A stretch of 35,557 nt of DNA from Pirellulaceae bacterium (GCA_041599835.1 JBFILF010000001.1:1-35557), one strand, 5' to 3'; shown: positions 1 to 8,177, numbered from the stretch's first letter. A program made the numbers and translations. The notes: generated by a model not told the origin, from the sequence alone.

Positions 1-577
1 CACGGCCATCGGCATGATTTGCGATGCGGTGTCACGTCTGGTTCGCGGCATTTCCGTATCGGATTTGCGGATGCTGGACATCCAACGAAAGATCTTCAAC
101 CGCATCGTCTTTAAAAACTGGGAGATCATTCGCGATTTTTTGGCATTGCATTACAAGTTCAACGATCGGCTCGATAATGAGTTTTGGCGAACCTGCCGAA
201 ACGAGATACCGCTGGGCGATGCCCAAGAACTGGTGGATTATTACCGAGAAGTTGGACCGGATTTCGGGTTTCTGACCGTCGAACTGAAACGGGATTTTTT
301 TACTGCCGAAGGGTATCTGGCCATGCTGTTGGGACAGCGAGTGCCCTATCGGCGGCAAGTAGACATCGATGCAACGATGTCTGCCCAATGGGCGACTTTC
401 AAACGGAACTTGACTCAAGCCGCCTCGGCCGGGATGGGGATGCAGGACTATCTGGCGCTGTTGAGAAACACGCCGCTGGACCAATCCGCACTGGCGGGAA
501 ACGGTGCACGAGCGATTAGTGGACCGGGAATGCCGACCTCCGAGGATGCCCGCGCCGGGGAACTCAACTGGCATTGA
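1..577 (+). CDS. FAD-dependent tryptophan-halogenase-family protein, C-terminal fragment (5' end outside window)
   Basis: The reading frame of ORF 14..577 stays open to the window edge and ends at the TGA at 575-577. Segments FWRTCRNEIPLGDAQELVDYYREVGP and FFTAEGYLAMLLGQRVPY resemble the C-terminal region of flavin-dependent Trp-halogenase-like proteins. Recognised from memory only. Confidence 0.5.
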   Translation, partial: TAIGMICDAVSRLVRGISVSDLRMLDIQRKIFNRIVFKNWEIIRDFLALHYKFNDRLDNEFWRTCRNEIPLGDAQELVDYYREVGPDFGFLTVELKRDFFTAEGYLAMLLGQRVPYRRQVDIDATMSAQWATFKRNLTQAASAGMGMQDYLALLRNTPLDQSALAGNGARAISGPGMPTSEDARAGELNWH

Positions 578-649
578 TGGGAAGAAAACGGGGGCAATTT
601 TTACAGGCGAACACGGACAGACCAGAGAAAAAAATCTTTTGTCCGCATT

Positions 650-895
650 GTCGCGAAGCGGCGCCATTCGATAGCCCCGACCATGGAGTCGGGGGTACGC
701 GTAGCGAAACAGGGTGAGGTCCGAAGGACCGACACATTCGCCGTAACAGTTCATTGGTGTCAGCCCTACGGGCCTTTTTGGCGGTCGCAACGCCTGTTCC
801 CCGACCTAACGGTCGGCGCTACCCCATCTCCCCGCTTCGCGGCTAGTTAACCAATTGGTGGACGAAGGGGGGCGAGCCGGCAAGCGACGACAGTT
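650..895. repeat. Interspersed hairpin-rich repeat, copy A (REP/MITE-like, about 240 bp)
   Basis: It aligns block by block with 2247-2470 and 2161-2213: gcgaagcggcgcc..., ggtccgaaggacc, ccccgacc-NNNN-ggtcgg, ctacccca..ccgcttcgc, gcggctagttaa. Perfect stems lie at 675-681/688-694, 718-722/726-730 and 801-806/811-816. Confidence 0.7.
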
Positions 896-973
896 GTGTT
901 AGTCCACCCGATAGGCGCTGCTGTGTGACCGATTGGTCTCGTCCGGTCCAGCATTTGTGAGGGTTTTTAAGCT

Positions 974-992
974 CAAAAATCTCAAAAAACTG
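974..992 (+). repeat. 19-bp perfect direct repeat, copy 1 (caaaaatctcaaaaaactg)
   Basis: Identical 19-mer recurs at 1092-1110, 118 bp downstream, just 5' of a TTGACA promoter element. Confidence 0.8.
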
Positions 993-1091
993 AAAATCGT
1001 CCGTCATTGTTTTGGTGCGGCCAGCACCCCAAATCCTTAAAAAAACGGGATTTCGCGACCGACAACTCCACATCAACGGGACGCTTTCCGA

Positions 1092-1110
1092 CAAAAATCT
1101 CAAAAAACTG
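1092..1110 (+). repeat. 19-bp perfect direct repeat, copy 2 (caaaaatctcaaaaaactg)
   Basis: Identical to 974-992 and ends 9 nt upstream of the -35 TTGACA at 1120-1125. Confidence 0.8.
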
Positions 1111-1119
1111 CCCCGTTTC

Positions 1120-1150
1120 TTGACATACCAATCCGCAAAGTTACTCTAAT
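1120..1150 (+). promoter_or_regulatory. Putative sigma70-type promoter of the PEP-CTERM gene
   Basis: Consensus -35 TTGACA at 1120-1125. Candidate -10 is TACTCT (1142-1147, 16-nt spacer) or TCTAAT (1145-1150, 19-nt spacer). It lies about 65 nt upstream of the ATG at 1214. Confidence 0.4.
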
Positions 1151-1213
1151 GCTTCTAACCGAACCCCTTTGGGGCCCCGCCATAACCTCGATCCACAAAT
1201 TGGAGTTGCAATC

Positions 1214-2005
1214 ATGATCCAGAGGTTCTTCGTTGCATTCGTAGGATTTGCGGTTTGTTTGTCCGCGGTACCTGCGCATGCCGATATTCCCGCGCTTCCT
1301 TATTACGACCTGACAAATGGAGGCACGATTCAAGGTTGGGGCAGTCTAAGAGATGGAGGTGGCTTCGACGCTTGGAGCGTTTTAGGCGACACCTACGGTG
1401 CGGAACCGCTCGCGCAAGATGGCGCATCTGCGTTTTATATCTCCAGTGCCGGAACATCACCCCCAACGGCGATATTCACGTTTGACCAAACGCTCAAATT
1501 GCATGGAACGAATCTGACCGGAGCGCCCCAACCAACCCCGACAGACACGTTTAATGTCATTGATTTGCAAACGCATCTGGGTGGCGGAGCCTATTTGATC
1601 CAAACCGAAATTGTTTCGCTTGACGTGACCGGTGCCCCTGTTCCGTGGGTTGCCGCCGGCGTCACTGGACCGGGCGGTGCATTCACAAGTTGGCGTATTG
1701 ACGTTGGCGGCTTGGCGGCCTTCGCTGACCTGATCAATCCTGACTCACCGTTTACGATCACCAGTGCTGGCTTTGAGGCGTTTAACTCGGCAGGTGCTTC
1801 GTTGGGTGCATTTGGACTGACCGTTGACCTAAGTGATCCAACTGGGATGGGTGGCGTTGGCGTGGTTGGTCTGGGCGGCCCCGACATTGCGGGGTTTGAC
1901 TTGGCGTCGTTGCAAGTATTCTTTACGACGATTCCAGAACCCGGTTCAGCAGGCGTGTTGGCACTGGTTGGCGTGGCATTCTTCGCCCGCCGTCGCCGCA
2001 AGTAG
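1214..2005 (+). CDS. PEP-CTERM sorting-domain secreted protein
   Basis: N-terminal signal peptide MIQRFFVAFVGFAVCLSAVPAHA. C-terminal IPEPGSAGVLALVGVAFFARRRRK gives a PEP motif, a hydrophobic helix and a basic tail. I chose the internal ATG at 1214 over 1169 because it places the signal peptide at the N-terminus. Confidence 0.8.
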   Translation: MIQRFFVAFVGFAVCLSAVPAHADIPALPYYDLTNGGTIQGWGSLRDGGGFDAWSVLGDTYGAEPLAQDGASAFYISSAGTSPPTAIFTFDQTLKLHGTNLTGAPQPTPTDTFNVIDLQTHLGGGAYLIQTEIVSLDVTGAPVPWVAAGVTGPGGAFTSWRIDVGGLAAFADLINPDSPFTITSAGFEAFNSAGASLGAFGLTVDLSDPTGMGGVGVVGLGGPDIAGFDLASLQVFFTTIPEPGSAGVLALVGVAFFARRRRK

Positions 2006-2030
2006 CCCTCGCGGTACAAATTGAAAATCA

Positions 2031-2057
2031 AAGCCGGAGCTTGCTCCGGCTTTTTTT
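2031..2057 (+). terminator. Rho-independent terminator after the PEP-CTERM gene
   Basis: Stem agccggagc (2032-2040) pairs with gctccggct (2043-2051), followed by a T7 run (2051-2057). Confidence 0.75.
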
Positions 2058-2060
2058 GTG

Positions 2061-2470
2061 GACGACGGGCGCGTGCCAGCCGCGAAGCGGTGCCCATCGA
2101 TACCGTGGCATAGCGCGTGCCAGCCGCGAAGCGGAGCCCAGACGATGGCGCACGAAGGGCGCGGCTAGTTAATCCATCGGTGGATGACGTGCGCGAGCCA
2201 GCGCGAAGCGGCGCCAGTCGATTAGCCCTGATGGGCGCGTTCGCAGCCGTAATGCGGCGCCAGTCGATGGCCGCGACTGTAAGGTCGGGGTGAAGCGTTC
2301 GAATAATGTTCTCGAGGCCCGAAGGACCGGCAGGTTCGGCGATGACAGCATCGCGTTAACAGATCGTTGGTCTCGGCCCGTTCGGGCCTTTGGCGTTGAT
2401 GCCCTGTGTATTCCCCGACCTGATGGTCGGGGCTACCCCATACCGCCGCTTCGCAGCTGGCTGACGTTGA
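2061..2470. repeat. Repeat block B: tandem 44-nt sub-repeats plus about 1.5 copies of the hairpin-rich repeat seen at 650-895
   Basis: A 22-nt perfect repeat gcgcgtgccagccgcgaagcgg sits at 2069-2090 and 2113-2134. 2161-2213 matches the 3' end of copy A (gcggctagttaa...gcgagcc). 2247-2470 matches the copy A body and includes a perfect 8-bp hairpin ccccgacc/ggtcgggg at 2413-2432. Confidence 0.7.
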
Positions 2471-2624
2471 ACTTCGTGGGCCCCTTAAGTTCCATGACGA
2501 TGACGATGACGAGGACATGGATCTGCTTTCTCCGCCTTCCTCCACGTCCTCCTGTCCAAATCCCGACCGTGACGACTGTTAGCCGGCGTGGGCGATTTTT
2601 AGCGCCCCCGCTACAATCCAGTCC

Positions 2625-3770
2625 ATGAAACAGATCTATCTGGACTACAACGCCACGACACCCGTTGCGCCCAGCGTGTTTGAGGCAATGGAGCCGTTTC
2701 TCACCAAACACTACGGGAATCCGTCCAGTTCCCACCCGCTGGGACGGGCGGCCCGCGAAGCGATTGAGGACGCGCGAATGCGGGTTGCGGGTTTATTGGC
2801 CGTCGACCGCGAAGAAATTGTGTTTACCGCCGGAGGTACCGACAGCAACAATCTGGCAATCAAGGGGGCCATGCTGGCCGACGGCCGTGTGGGCGGCCAC
2901 ATGATCATCTCGAATCTGGAACATCCGGCCGTCGTCGAGCCGGCCCGATTTCTGGAAAAGCTAGGATGCGCGGTGACCACGGTGCGCTGCGACCGGCATG
3001 GCGTTGTCCATCCCAGTGATATTGAACAAGCGCTCCGCGACGACACAACGCTGGTCAGTATCATCCACGCCAACAATGAAATTGGCACGCTGCAGCCGAT
3101 TCGGCAAATCGCGGAAATTTGCCGGGACCATCGGGCGCTGGTTCATACCGACGCGTCCCAAGCCGTGGGCAAGGTGCGGACGTACGTCGATGAATTGGGT
3201 GTAGATATGCTGACGATCGCCGGACACAAACTTTATGCGCCAAAGGGCGTGGGTGCCCTGTATATTCGCGAAGGTGTGCGGCTGGAGCCACACATCCACG
3301 GCGGCGACCAGGAAAACGGTTTCCGTGCCGGAACCGAAAACACGGCCGGTATCGTCGGGCTGGGGCAAGCCTGTTTGTTGGCTTCCCGATGTCTGGACGA
3401 GTCATTTGAGCGGATGACGTTGCTGCGAGATCGGTTGGCCGATCAGTTGCAGAGCGGCATTGGAGGGGGGTTCCGAATCAACGGCCAACAGGCGCCCCGA
3501 CTTCCCAATACGCTGAGCGCGATATTCCCCGGCGTCGATGCCAATGAATTATTGGCCCGAATTCCCGAAATTTGCGCTTCGACCGGTTCGGCTTGTCACA
3601 GCCAACTGCAAATCGTGTCACCGACGTTGCAAGCGATCGGGTTGAGCCCCGAACAGGCTGCGTCGACGGTGCGGCTGAGTGTCGGTTGGTACACCTCTGA
3701 AGAAGACATCGATCGCGTGGCCGGCTGGCTGGTGGAAGCCTGGCAGAATCTGCATACGCTGCCGGCGTAA
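2625..3770 (+). CDS. Cysteine desulfurase, NifS/IscS-like class V aminotransferase
   Basis: N-terminus IYLDYNATTPVAPSV...YGNPSSSH, PLP-lysine context TIAGHKLYAPKGVGALY, RAGTENTAGIVGLG, and the catalytic Cys loop STGSACHS. Confidence 0.93.
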   Translation: MKQIYLDYNATTPVAPSVFEAMEPFLTKHYGNPSSSHPLGRAAREAIEDARMRVAGLLAVDREEIVFTAGGTDSNNLAIKGAMLADGRVGGHMIISNLEHPAVVEPARFLEKLGCAVTTVRCDRHGVVHPSDIEQALRDDTTLVSIIHANNEIGTLQPIRQIAEICRDHRALVHTDASQAVGKVRTYVDELGVDMLTIAGHKLYAPKGVGALYIREGVRLEPHIHGGDQENGFRAGTENTAGIVGLGQACLLASRCLDESFERMTLLRDRLADQLQSGIGGGFRINGQQAPRLPNTLSAIFPGVDANELLARIPEICASTGSACHSQLQIVSPTLQAIGLSPEQAASTVRLSVGWYTSEEDIDRVAGWLVEAWQNLHTLPA

Positions 3771-3814
3771 AAAACCGCCAAACGGTGACCCCGGTGAGTT
3801 GGGTCAGGGACAAG

Positions 3815-4306
3815 TTAATCGTCGAGCACTTCGAACGAGTCATCGTTCAGCACTTCGAACGAATCGTCGTCGAGTATTTCGAACAAACCGGAATCGGGAA
3901 TCTTGAATCCACCGTTCGGCTCGTCATTGCGCGGCGGCTTGGGATTAGCGCCCGCAGCGACAGTGTCGATTTCCATCAATTTATCCAGTGCCGGATCGCG
4001 CGGTTTGGCTTGCTCCGAACCGGAAGCCGGACCAGCGGCTTTTTTCCTGTTGGAGACGGTCCGCAAGTTCATCGGTCGCGGTTTGGCGGCCGGCTTGTCC
4101 GAACGTAGCGGTTTGGAGCCGACCGATACCGAAGGCTTACCTGGTAACGCCGTCAATCCGACGTCCTGATTGGAGTCGGAAGGGGTGATTTTGCCGCCCA
4201 AGCGAATCACTTTGCCACAACTGCACTGCACCTTTACGCCCAACAGGCGTTTGTCAATGTTGCGATGCAGCTTGCCGCAGCGGGGACAAGTGAATTTGAG
4301 TGGCAT
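3815..4306 (-). CDS. Zinc-ribbon protein with a basic linker and an acidic repeat tail (hypothetical)
   Basis: N-terminus CPRCGK...CSCGK is a four-Cys ribbon. The middle is Lys/Pro/Ser-rich. The C-terminus is FEILDDDSFEVLNDDSFEVLDD, encoded by 24-nt tandem repeats at 3824-3884. It lies 38 nt downstream of scpA on the same strand. Confidence 0.7.
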   Translation of the reverse strand: MPLKFTCPRCGKLHRNIDKRLLGVKVQCSCGKVIRLGGKITPSDSNQDVGLTALPGKPSVSVGSKPLRSDKPAAKPRPMNLRTVSNRKKAAGPASGSEQAKPRDPALDKLMEIDTVAAGANPKPPRNDEPNGGFKIPDSGLFEILDDDSFEVLNDDSFEVLDD

Positions 4307-4344
4307 CGGATTTCACATTGAGAATTGAGGAAGGCCGCGTTGCA

Positions 4345-5121
4345 TCAACCGTCCGTTTCCTCTTCGATTTTAATCCCTTGGTCAAAGTTTTCACCTGGCA
4401 AAATTCGAATATCACCGTGTTGGCCCATCTGTTCGGTTTGCACGTGATGATGCCTCACCAATTCCAGAATGGCCAGAAAAATTCCCACCATGGCTGACTT
4501 ATGCATACCTGGCTCAAACATTTGGGAAAAGCGCAATTGTTTTTCTTGCGCCAGGCGTTGGTGAATTCGTTCCATGTAAACCTGCACTGGCGTATCATCG
4601 AGAATAATACTCGTTTCATGACTCAAGTTGGCCGTGCGCAAAACGCGTCCAAACGAGCTGACCAAGTCCCACAATTCAACTTCTTGGATCGGTTGATCCG
4701 CCAAGTCCACTTTGCGCGGCGGCAGGTCATTGGCCAGTCGAGGATAGCGGTTTTGCCAGTCGCGTCCGCGCTCTTCCAGCAAGATGGACACGTCTTTGAA
4801 TTCTTTGTACAGCAGTAATCGTTGCACGAGATCTTCACGCGGGTCAGTGTCAAACTCGGCCATCTCCCCTTCGGTTCGTGGCAAGATCGTGCGCATTTTC
4901 ATTTCGACCAGCAGCGAAGCCACTTCCAGAAAATCACCCACCAGGTTGATATCGATTTCCTTAATCGTTTCCAAATGGGCCAAATATTGCTCGGCGATCT
5001 GGTGAATTGAGATGGTGCCGATTTCCAATTCGCTGCGCTGCACCAGGTACAGCAGCAAATCAACGGGCCCGCGATATTGGTCTAACCGGACCCGGAACGG
5101 CGGTGTGGGCGGAGAAGTCAT
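4345..5121 (-). CDS. scpA: Segregation and condensation protein A (kleisin)
   Basis: FRVRLDQYRGPVDLLLYLVQRSELEIGTISIHQIAEQYLAHLE is a typical ScpA N-terminus, and the length of about 258 aa fits. I chose the internal ATG at 5121 (MTSPPTPPF) because the 69 aa upstream in ORF 4345..5328 have no ScpA-like content. Confidence 0.85.
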   Translation of the reverse strand: MTSPPTPPFRVRLDQYRGPVDLLLYLVQRSELEIGTISIHQIAEQYLAHLETIKEIDINLVGDFLEVASLLVEMKMRTILPRTEGEMAEFDTDPREDLVQRLLLYKEFKDVSILLEERGRDWQNRYPRLANDLPPRKVDLADQPIQEVELWDLVSSFGRVLRTANLSHETSIILDDTPVQVYMERIHQRLAQEKQLRFSQMFEPGMHKSAMVGIFLAILELVRHHHVQTEQMGQHGDIRILPGENFDQGIKIEEETDG

Positions 5122-5429
5122 GAAATGTTCGATATCGCAGGAATGCTTCCTGAAGCTAATGTGTGGGTTGTAATTGCCAGGGGCAGCCGGCGGAAGATTG
5201 AAATACGGGGGCCTGCTGTAGCGATCCGATATTGTTTTACTAAAGATAACGGTCGCCGTATATTTCTCATCTTGTCTGACACAATCAACCTTTCGAAAAT
5301 CGCCAGTTTCGCTATTCGGAACCGTCAAGCTTTGCCGATATTCTCCATGTTCATCTGCGGAAGCAGTTTTGGTTTTTGAAACCGCTGTATTTCGCCGCTG
5401 CAGCTCAGCGAAAGGAGATTTGGCTAGGT

Positions 5430-5744
5430 ATGCAGCAGAAAAACCGTGCTGAGATATTTGACTTAGTCCAGTTACGACAGTTTGTTTCTCACACGTTGTG
5501 CCAGGAAAACGATATTGAGGTCGGCGTTTTCCAGGTGACCGAACGAAGATTGATGCGACACGGGCGACCCTGCGGCATGTATTTTTGTCTGCACGGCCCC
5601 CGCAGCGTTAAACTGACGGCCATCTGGGAGACCGACAAAAACACGATTCTGTTTTACGGCTCGACAGGTGAGAGATTTCAAAAAACCAAACTCACTGAAT
5701 CGCCACCCATAGAAGACCAATCTGAAATCGCCAACGTTATGTGA
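5430..5744 (+). CDS. Hypothetical protein (104 aa)
   Basis: ORF 5376..5744. The ATG at 5430 is preceded by AAGGAG (5412-5417). I recognised no family. Confidence 0.55.
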   Translation: MQQKNRAEIFDLVQLRQFVSHTLCQENDIEVGVFQVTERRLMRHGRPCGMYFCLHGPRSVKLTAIWETDKNTILFYGSTGERFQKTKLTESPPIEDQSEIANVM

Positions 5745-5798
5745 CTCGTTATCATCCATAATTTATAAAGAGGTTTCAGGCTACGGAGGCTTTTATTA

Positions 5799-5984
5799 AT
5801 GCTGGTTTTATCCAGAAAAGAAACTGAAACGATAAAAATCGGAGACGAGATCGAGATTACGCTCGTTCGCGTCGCCGGGGATCGAGTTCGCGTGGGCATC
5901 CAAGCTCCGCCCGAACTGGTGATCCTGCGAGGAGAATTGGAAAAGAAACCTGAACTTCACGCCGGTCGCAAGTCTGTTGCTTAG
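5799..5984 (+). CDS. csrA: Carbon storage regulator CsrA (RNA-binding translational regulator)
   Basis: MLVLSRKETETIKIGDEIEITLVRVAGDRVRVGIQAPPELVILRGEL matches the CsrA consensus (LxLxRK..E.I.IGD.I...V......VR.GI.AP....I.R.E) at 61 aa. Confidence 0.92.
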   Translation: MLVLSRKETETIKIGDEIEITLVRVAGDRVRVGIQAPPELVILRGELEKKPELHAGRKSVA

Positions 5985-6068
5985 ACGTCGGTTGGGTCGC
6001 CCACATATCGCGACCGCCCGCAACAAACTCCAATAAAGACTGGAAAGTTCGACAAAAGATAAATGCTT

Positions 6069-6108
6069 AAAAAAAGGTGGCCGCCCAATACGGGTGGCCA
6101 CCTTTTTT
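6069..6108. terminator. Bidirectional rho-independent terminator between csrA (+) and a small minus-strand gene
   Basis: An A-run plus ggtggcc (6071-6082) pairs with ggccacc plus a T-run (6096-6108). The A/T tracts on both sides would allow termination in both directions. Confidence 0.75.
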
Positions 6109-6112
6109 CGTT

Positions 6113-6331
6113 TCAATCGACACTGCGCCGGCGGTTTGGGGCGCCGTGCAACGATTTCAGTTTGACCAGACGCGACACCTTGCGAAAAAACGCTTCGATG
6201 TTCTCCGCCAGTCGGCGTGAACTGACTTGTGCCGAGTTGGAATCCGAGTCATAACCGAGCGATAAGTTCAAAAAATGCTCGGTGTCACGCAGCAACTTTT
6301 CGCGCAATTCGATCCGGCGATGTCGACTCAT
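6113..6331 (-). CDS. Small hypothetical protein (72 aa)
   Basis: The internal ATG at 6331 (MSRHRRIELREKLL...) is preceded by AGGAG with a spacer of about 7 nt. The gene ends directly at the bidirectional terminator. No family recognised. Confidence 0.5.
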   Translation of the reverse strand: MSRHRRIELREKLLRDTEHFLNLSLGYDSDSNSAQVSSRRLAENIEAFFRKVSRLVKLKSLHGAPNRRRSVD

Positions 6332-6784
6332 TGCTTTTCTCCTGTTCCGTGCCCCGCAGCGGTTGCCGAGAGCCGGACGACCGGTGCCCATGCCAGTTTG
6401 TAAGGGCTGTCCAGCCGCCCGCCTGTACTATCTACGACGAGCCCACCCTGGTAAGTTTCGCGCGACGTGCCCCGCCTTACGGACCATTGGGTAAATTTTC
6501 TCGCGGAACGTGGCCAAACGCACAAATGCACTTGTAAGTGCTTTTGAATCAACGATTTACAGGCGGTTCGCCGATCTGGGTGCGGATTCCCGGCACCCTC
6601 TGGCGACGCTTAGCGTATTGGCAGAATCCCCGGAATGTAGGAAAATTCCACCTATCCAACTAAACTGACGGTGTTCGAAAAAATACACGCCAATCCGCGG
6701 GCAAAGGACTGCTCCAGCCAAGGGATGGCGCGGCGGCGAATTCTCGATATCACCTTCCGGTTCCTTCCCCAGGAGTCTCAGAGA

Positions 6785-8092
6785 ATGGCATGTTCTGGAA
6801 ATCGACTAAGTCGCAGAAATTTACTAACGGTAGGCGCCATCGGCGGCATCGGCCTGACCCTGACCGATTTTTTTCGAATTCGACAGGCGCAAGCTGACCA
6901 GAAGCACTACGAATCCAAAGAGGGCACGGCAAAATCGGTCATTTTCATCTTCATGCCGGGCGGGATGGCCCACCAGGAGACGTTTGACCCCAAACCGTAT
7001 GCGCCGATTGAATATCGCGGGCCGTTAAACAGCATCGAAACTAACGTGTCCGGTGTCCGCCTCAGTGAATGCTTGACGCAAACGGCTCAGGTGGCCGACA
7101 AGTTGGCGATTTGCCGCTCCATGACTCATGGCGAAGCGGCCCATGAGCGCGGCACTCACAATATGTTTACCGGGTATCGCCCGAGTCCGGCGTTGGCGTT
7201 TCCCAGCATGGGCAGCGTGGTGTCGCACGAGTTTGGTCCCAAGAATAATTTGCCGCCTTACGTTTGCGTGCCGAATCAACCAAATGAGTTTGCCGGTACG
7301 GGCTATTTGAGTTCTTCGTTTGCCGGTTTCAGCCTGGGCGCTGATCCGGCACAAGACAATTTTCAGGTCCGCGATTTAAATCTCCCCAGTGGCGTCGATG
7401 ATCAGCGGTTCACGAAGCGGCGGCGGCTGTTGGACATCGTCAATCAACATTTTCGCCAGCGCGAAAAATCTGACGAACTGGATGCCGTCGATACCTTTTA
7501 CCAACGCGCTTACAACCTGATCAGTTCTCCCGCTGCCCGCGAAGCGTTTGACATCAGCAAGGAGGACGGCAAGTTGCGAGACGAGTACGGTCGCAACCAG
7601 GCCGGATCCCGTTTGTTGTTGGCGCGGCGGCTGGTCGAAGCCGGCGTGCGGTTTGTCACGACGACCTACGGTGGTTGGGATATGCACGACAACATTGCCC
7701 GCAGCATTAAGAATCAGGCACCGGTGTTTGATCGCGCGTTTGCCGCTTTGATTCGCGATTTGGATCAACGCGGATTGCTGGACTCGACGCTGGTGTGCAT
7801 TGCCAGCGAGTTCGGCCGCACACCAAAGATCAACGGAACGGCAGGTCGCGATCACTGGCCTAAAGTCTTCAGCGTCGTGCTGGCCGGTGGGGGAATCAAA
7901 CGAGGCATTGTCCACGGTTCGTCCAATGCCACAGCCAGTGAACCCGAAGACGATCCGCTGACCGTCGAGGATTGGGCCACGACGATCTATCATTGTTTGG
8001 GAATCAATGCAGACAAAGAACTGATGGCGCCGGGCGATCGCCCAATTGAAATCGTCAACGGCGGTAACGTTCGAAAAGCATTGCTTGCATAG
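6785..8092 (+). CDS. DUF1501 domain protein (sulfatase/phosphatase-fold-like) with a Tat signal
   Basis: Twin-arginine signal LSRRNLLTVGAIGGIGL. DUF1501-typical blocks are VIFIFMPGGMAHQETFDPKP, TTTYGGWDMHDN and SEFGRTPKIN..GRDHWP. The ATG at 6785 is preceded by AGGAG (6771-6775). Confidence 0.88.
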   Translation: MACSGNRLSRRNLLTVGAIGGIGLTLTDFFRIRQAQADQKHYESKEGTAKSVIFIFMPGGMAHQETFDPKPYAPIEYRGPLNSIETNVSGVRLSECLTQTAQVADKLAICRSMTHGEAAHERGTHNMFTGYRPSPALAFPSMGSVVSHEFGPKNNLPPYVCVPNQPNEFAGTGYLSSSFAGFSLGADPAQDNFQVRDLNLPSGVDDQRFTKRRRLLDIVNQHFRQREKSDELDAVDTFYQRAYNLISSPAAREAFDISKEDGKLRDEYGRNQAGSRLLLARRLVEAGVRFVTTTYGGWDMHDNIARSIKNQAPVFDRAFAALIRDLDQRGLLDSTLVCIASEFGRTPKINGTAGRDHWPKVFSVVLAGGGIKRGIVHGSSNATASEPEDDPLTVEDWATTIYHCLGINADKELMAPGDRPIEIVNGGNVRKALLA

Positions 8093-8177
8093 TGTTCCAT
8101 CCCGCCTTAATTGACATGCCCGCCCGCATTGCTTCAGCAAATGCCAATTTTCAATTGGGATTGAGGAGAAATTCGTC

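Noticed and set aside
32-790. 252-aa minus-strand ORF overlapping the halogenase fragment and repeat copy A.
   Set aside because: It is antisense to a well-supported coding frame and runs into the repeat element. Its Arg/Pro/Gly-rich composition is typical of shadow ORFs in GC-rich DNA.
2169-2735. ORFs 2169..2351(-), 2222..2545(-), 2290..2628(+) and 2433..2735(-) inside repeat block B.
   Set aside because: They lie entirely within the hairpin-rich repeat, overlap one another in several frames and have low-complexity composition. They are most likely artefacts of the repeat.
4345-5328. Full-length versions of several ORFs with N-terminal extensions: scpA to 5328, DUF1501 from 6671, ftsH to 22837, dxr from 23072 and the PEP-CTERM gene from 1169.
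   Set aside because: The extensions carry no family-like sequence. Internal starts give canonical N-termini or signal peptides, several with a Shine-Dalgarno sequence. Start coordinates remain predictions.
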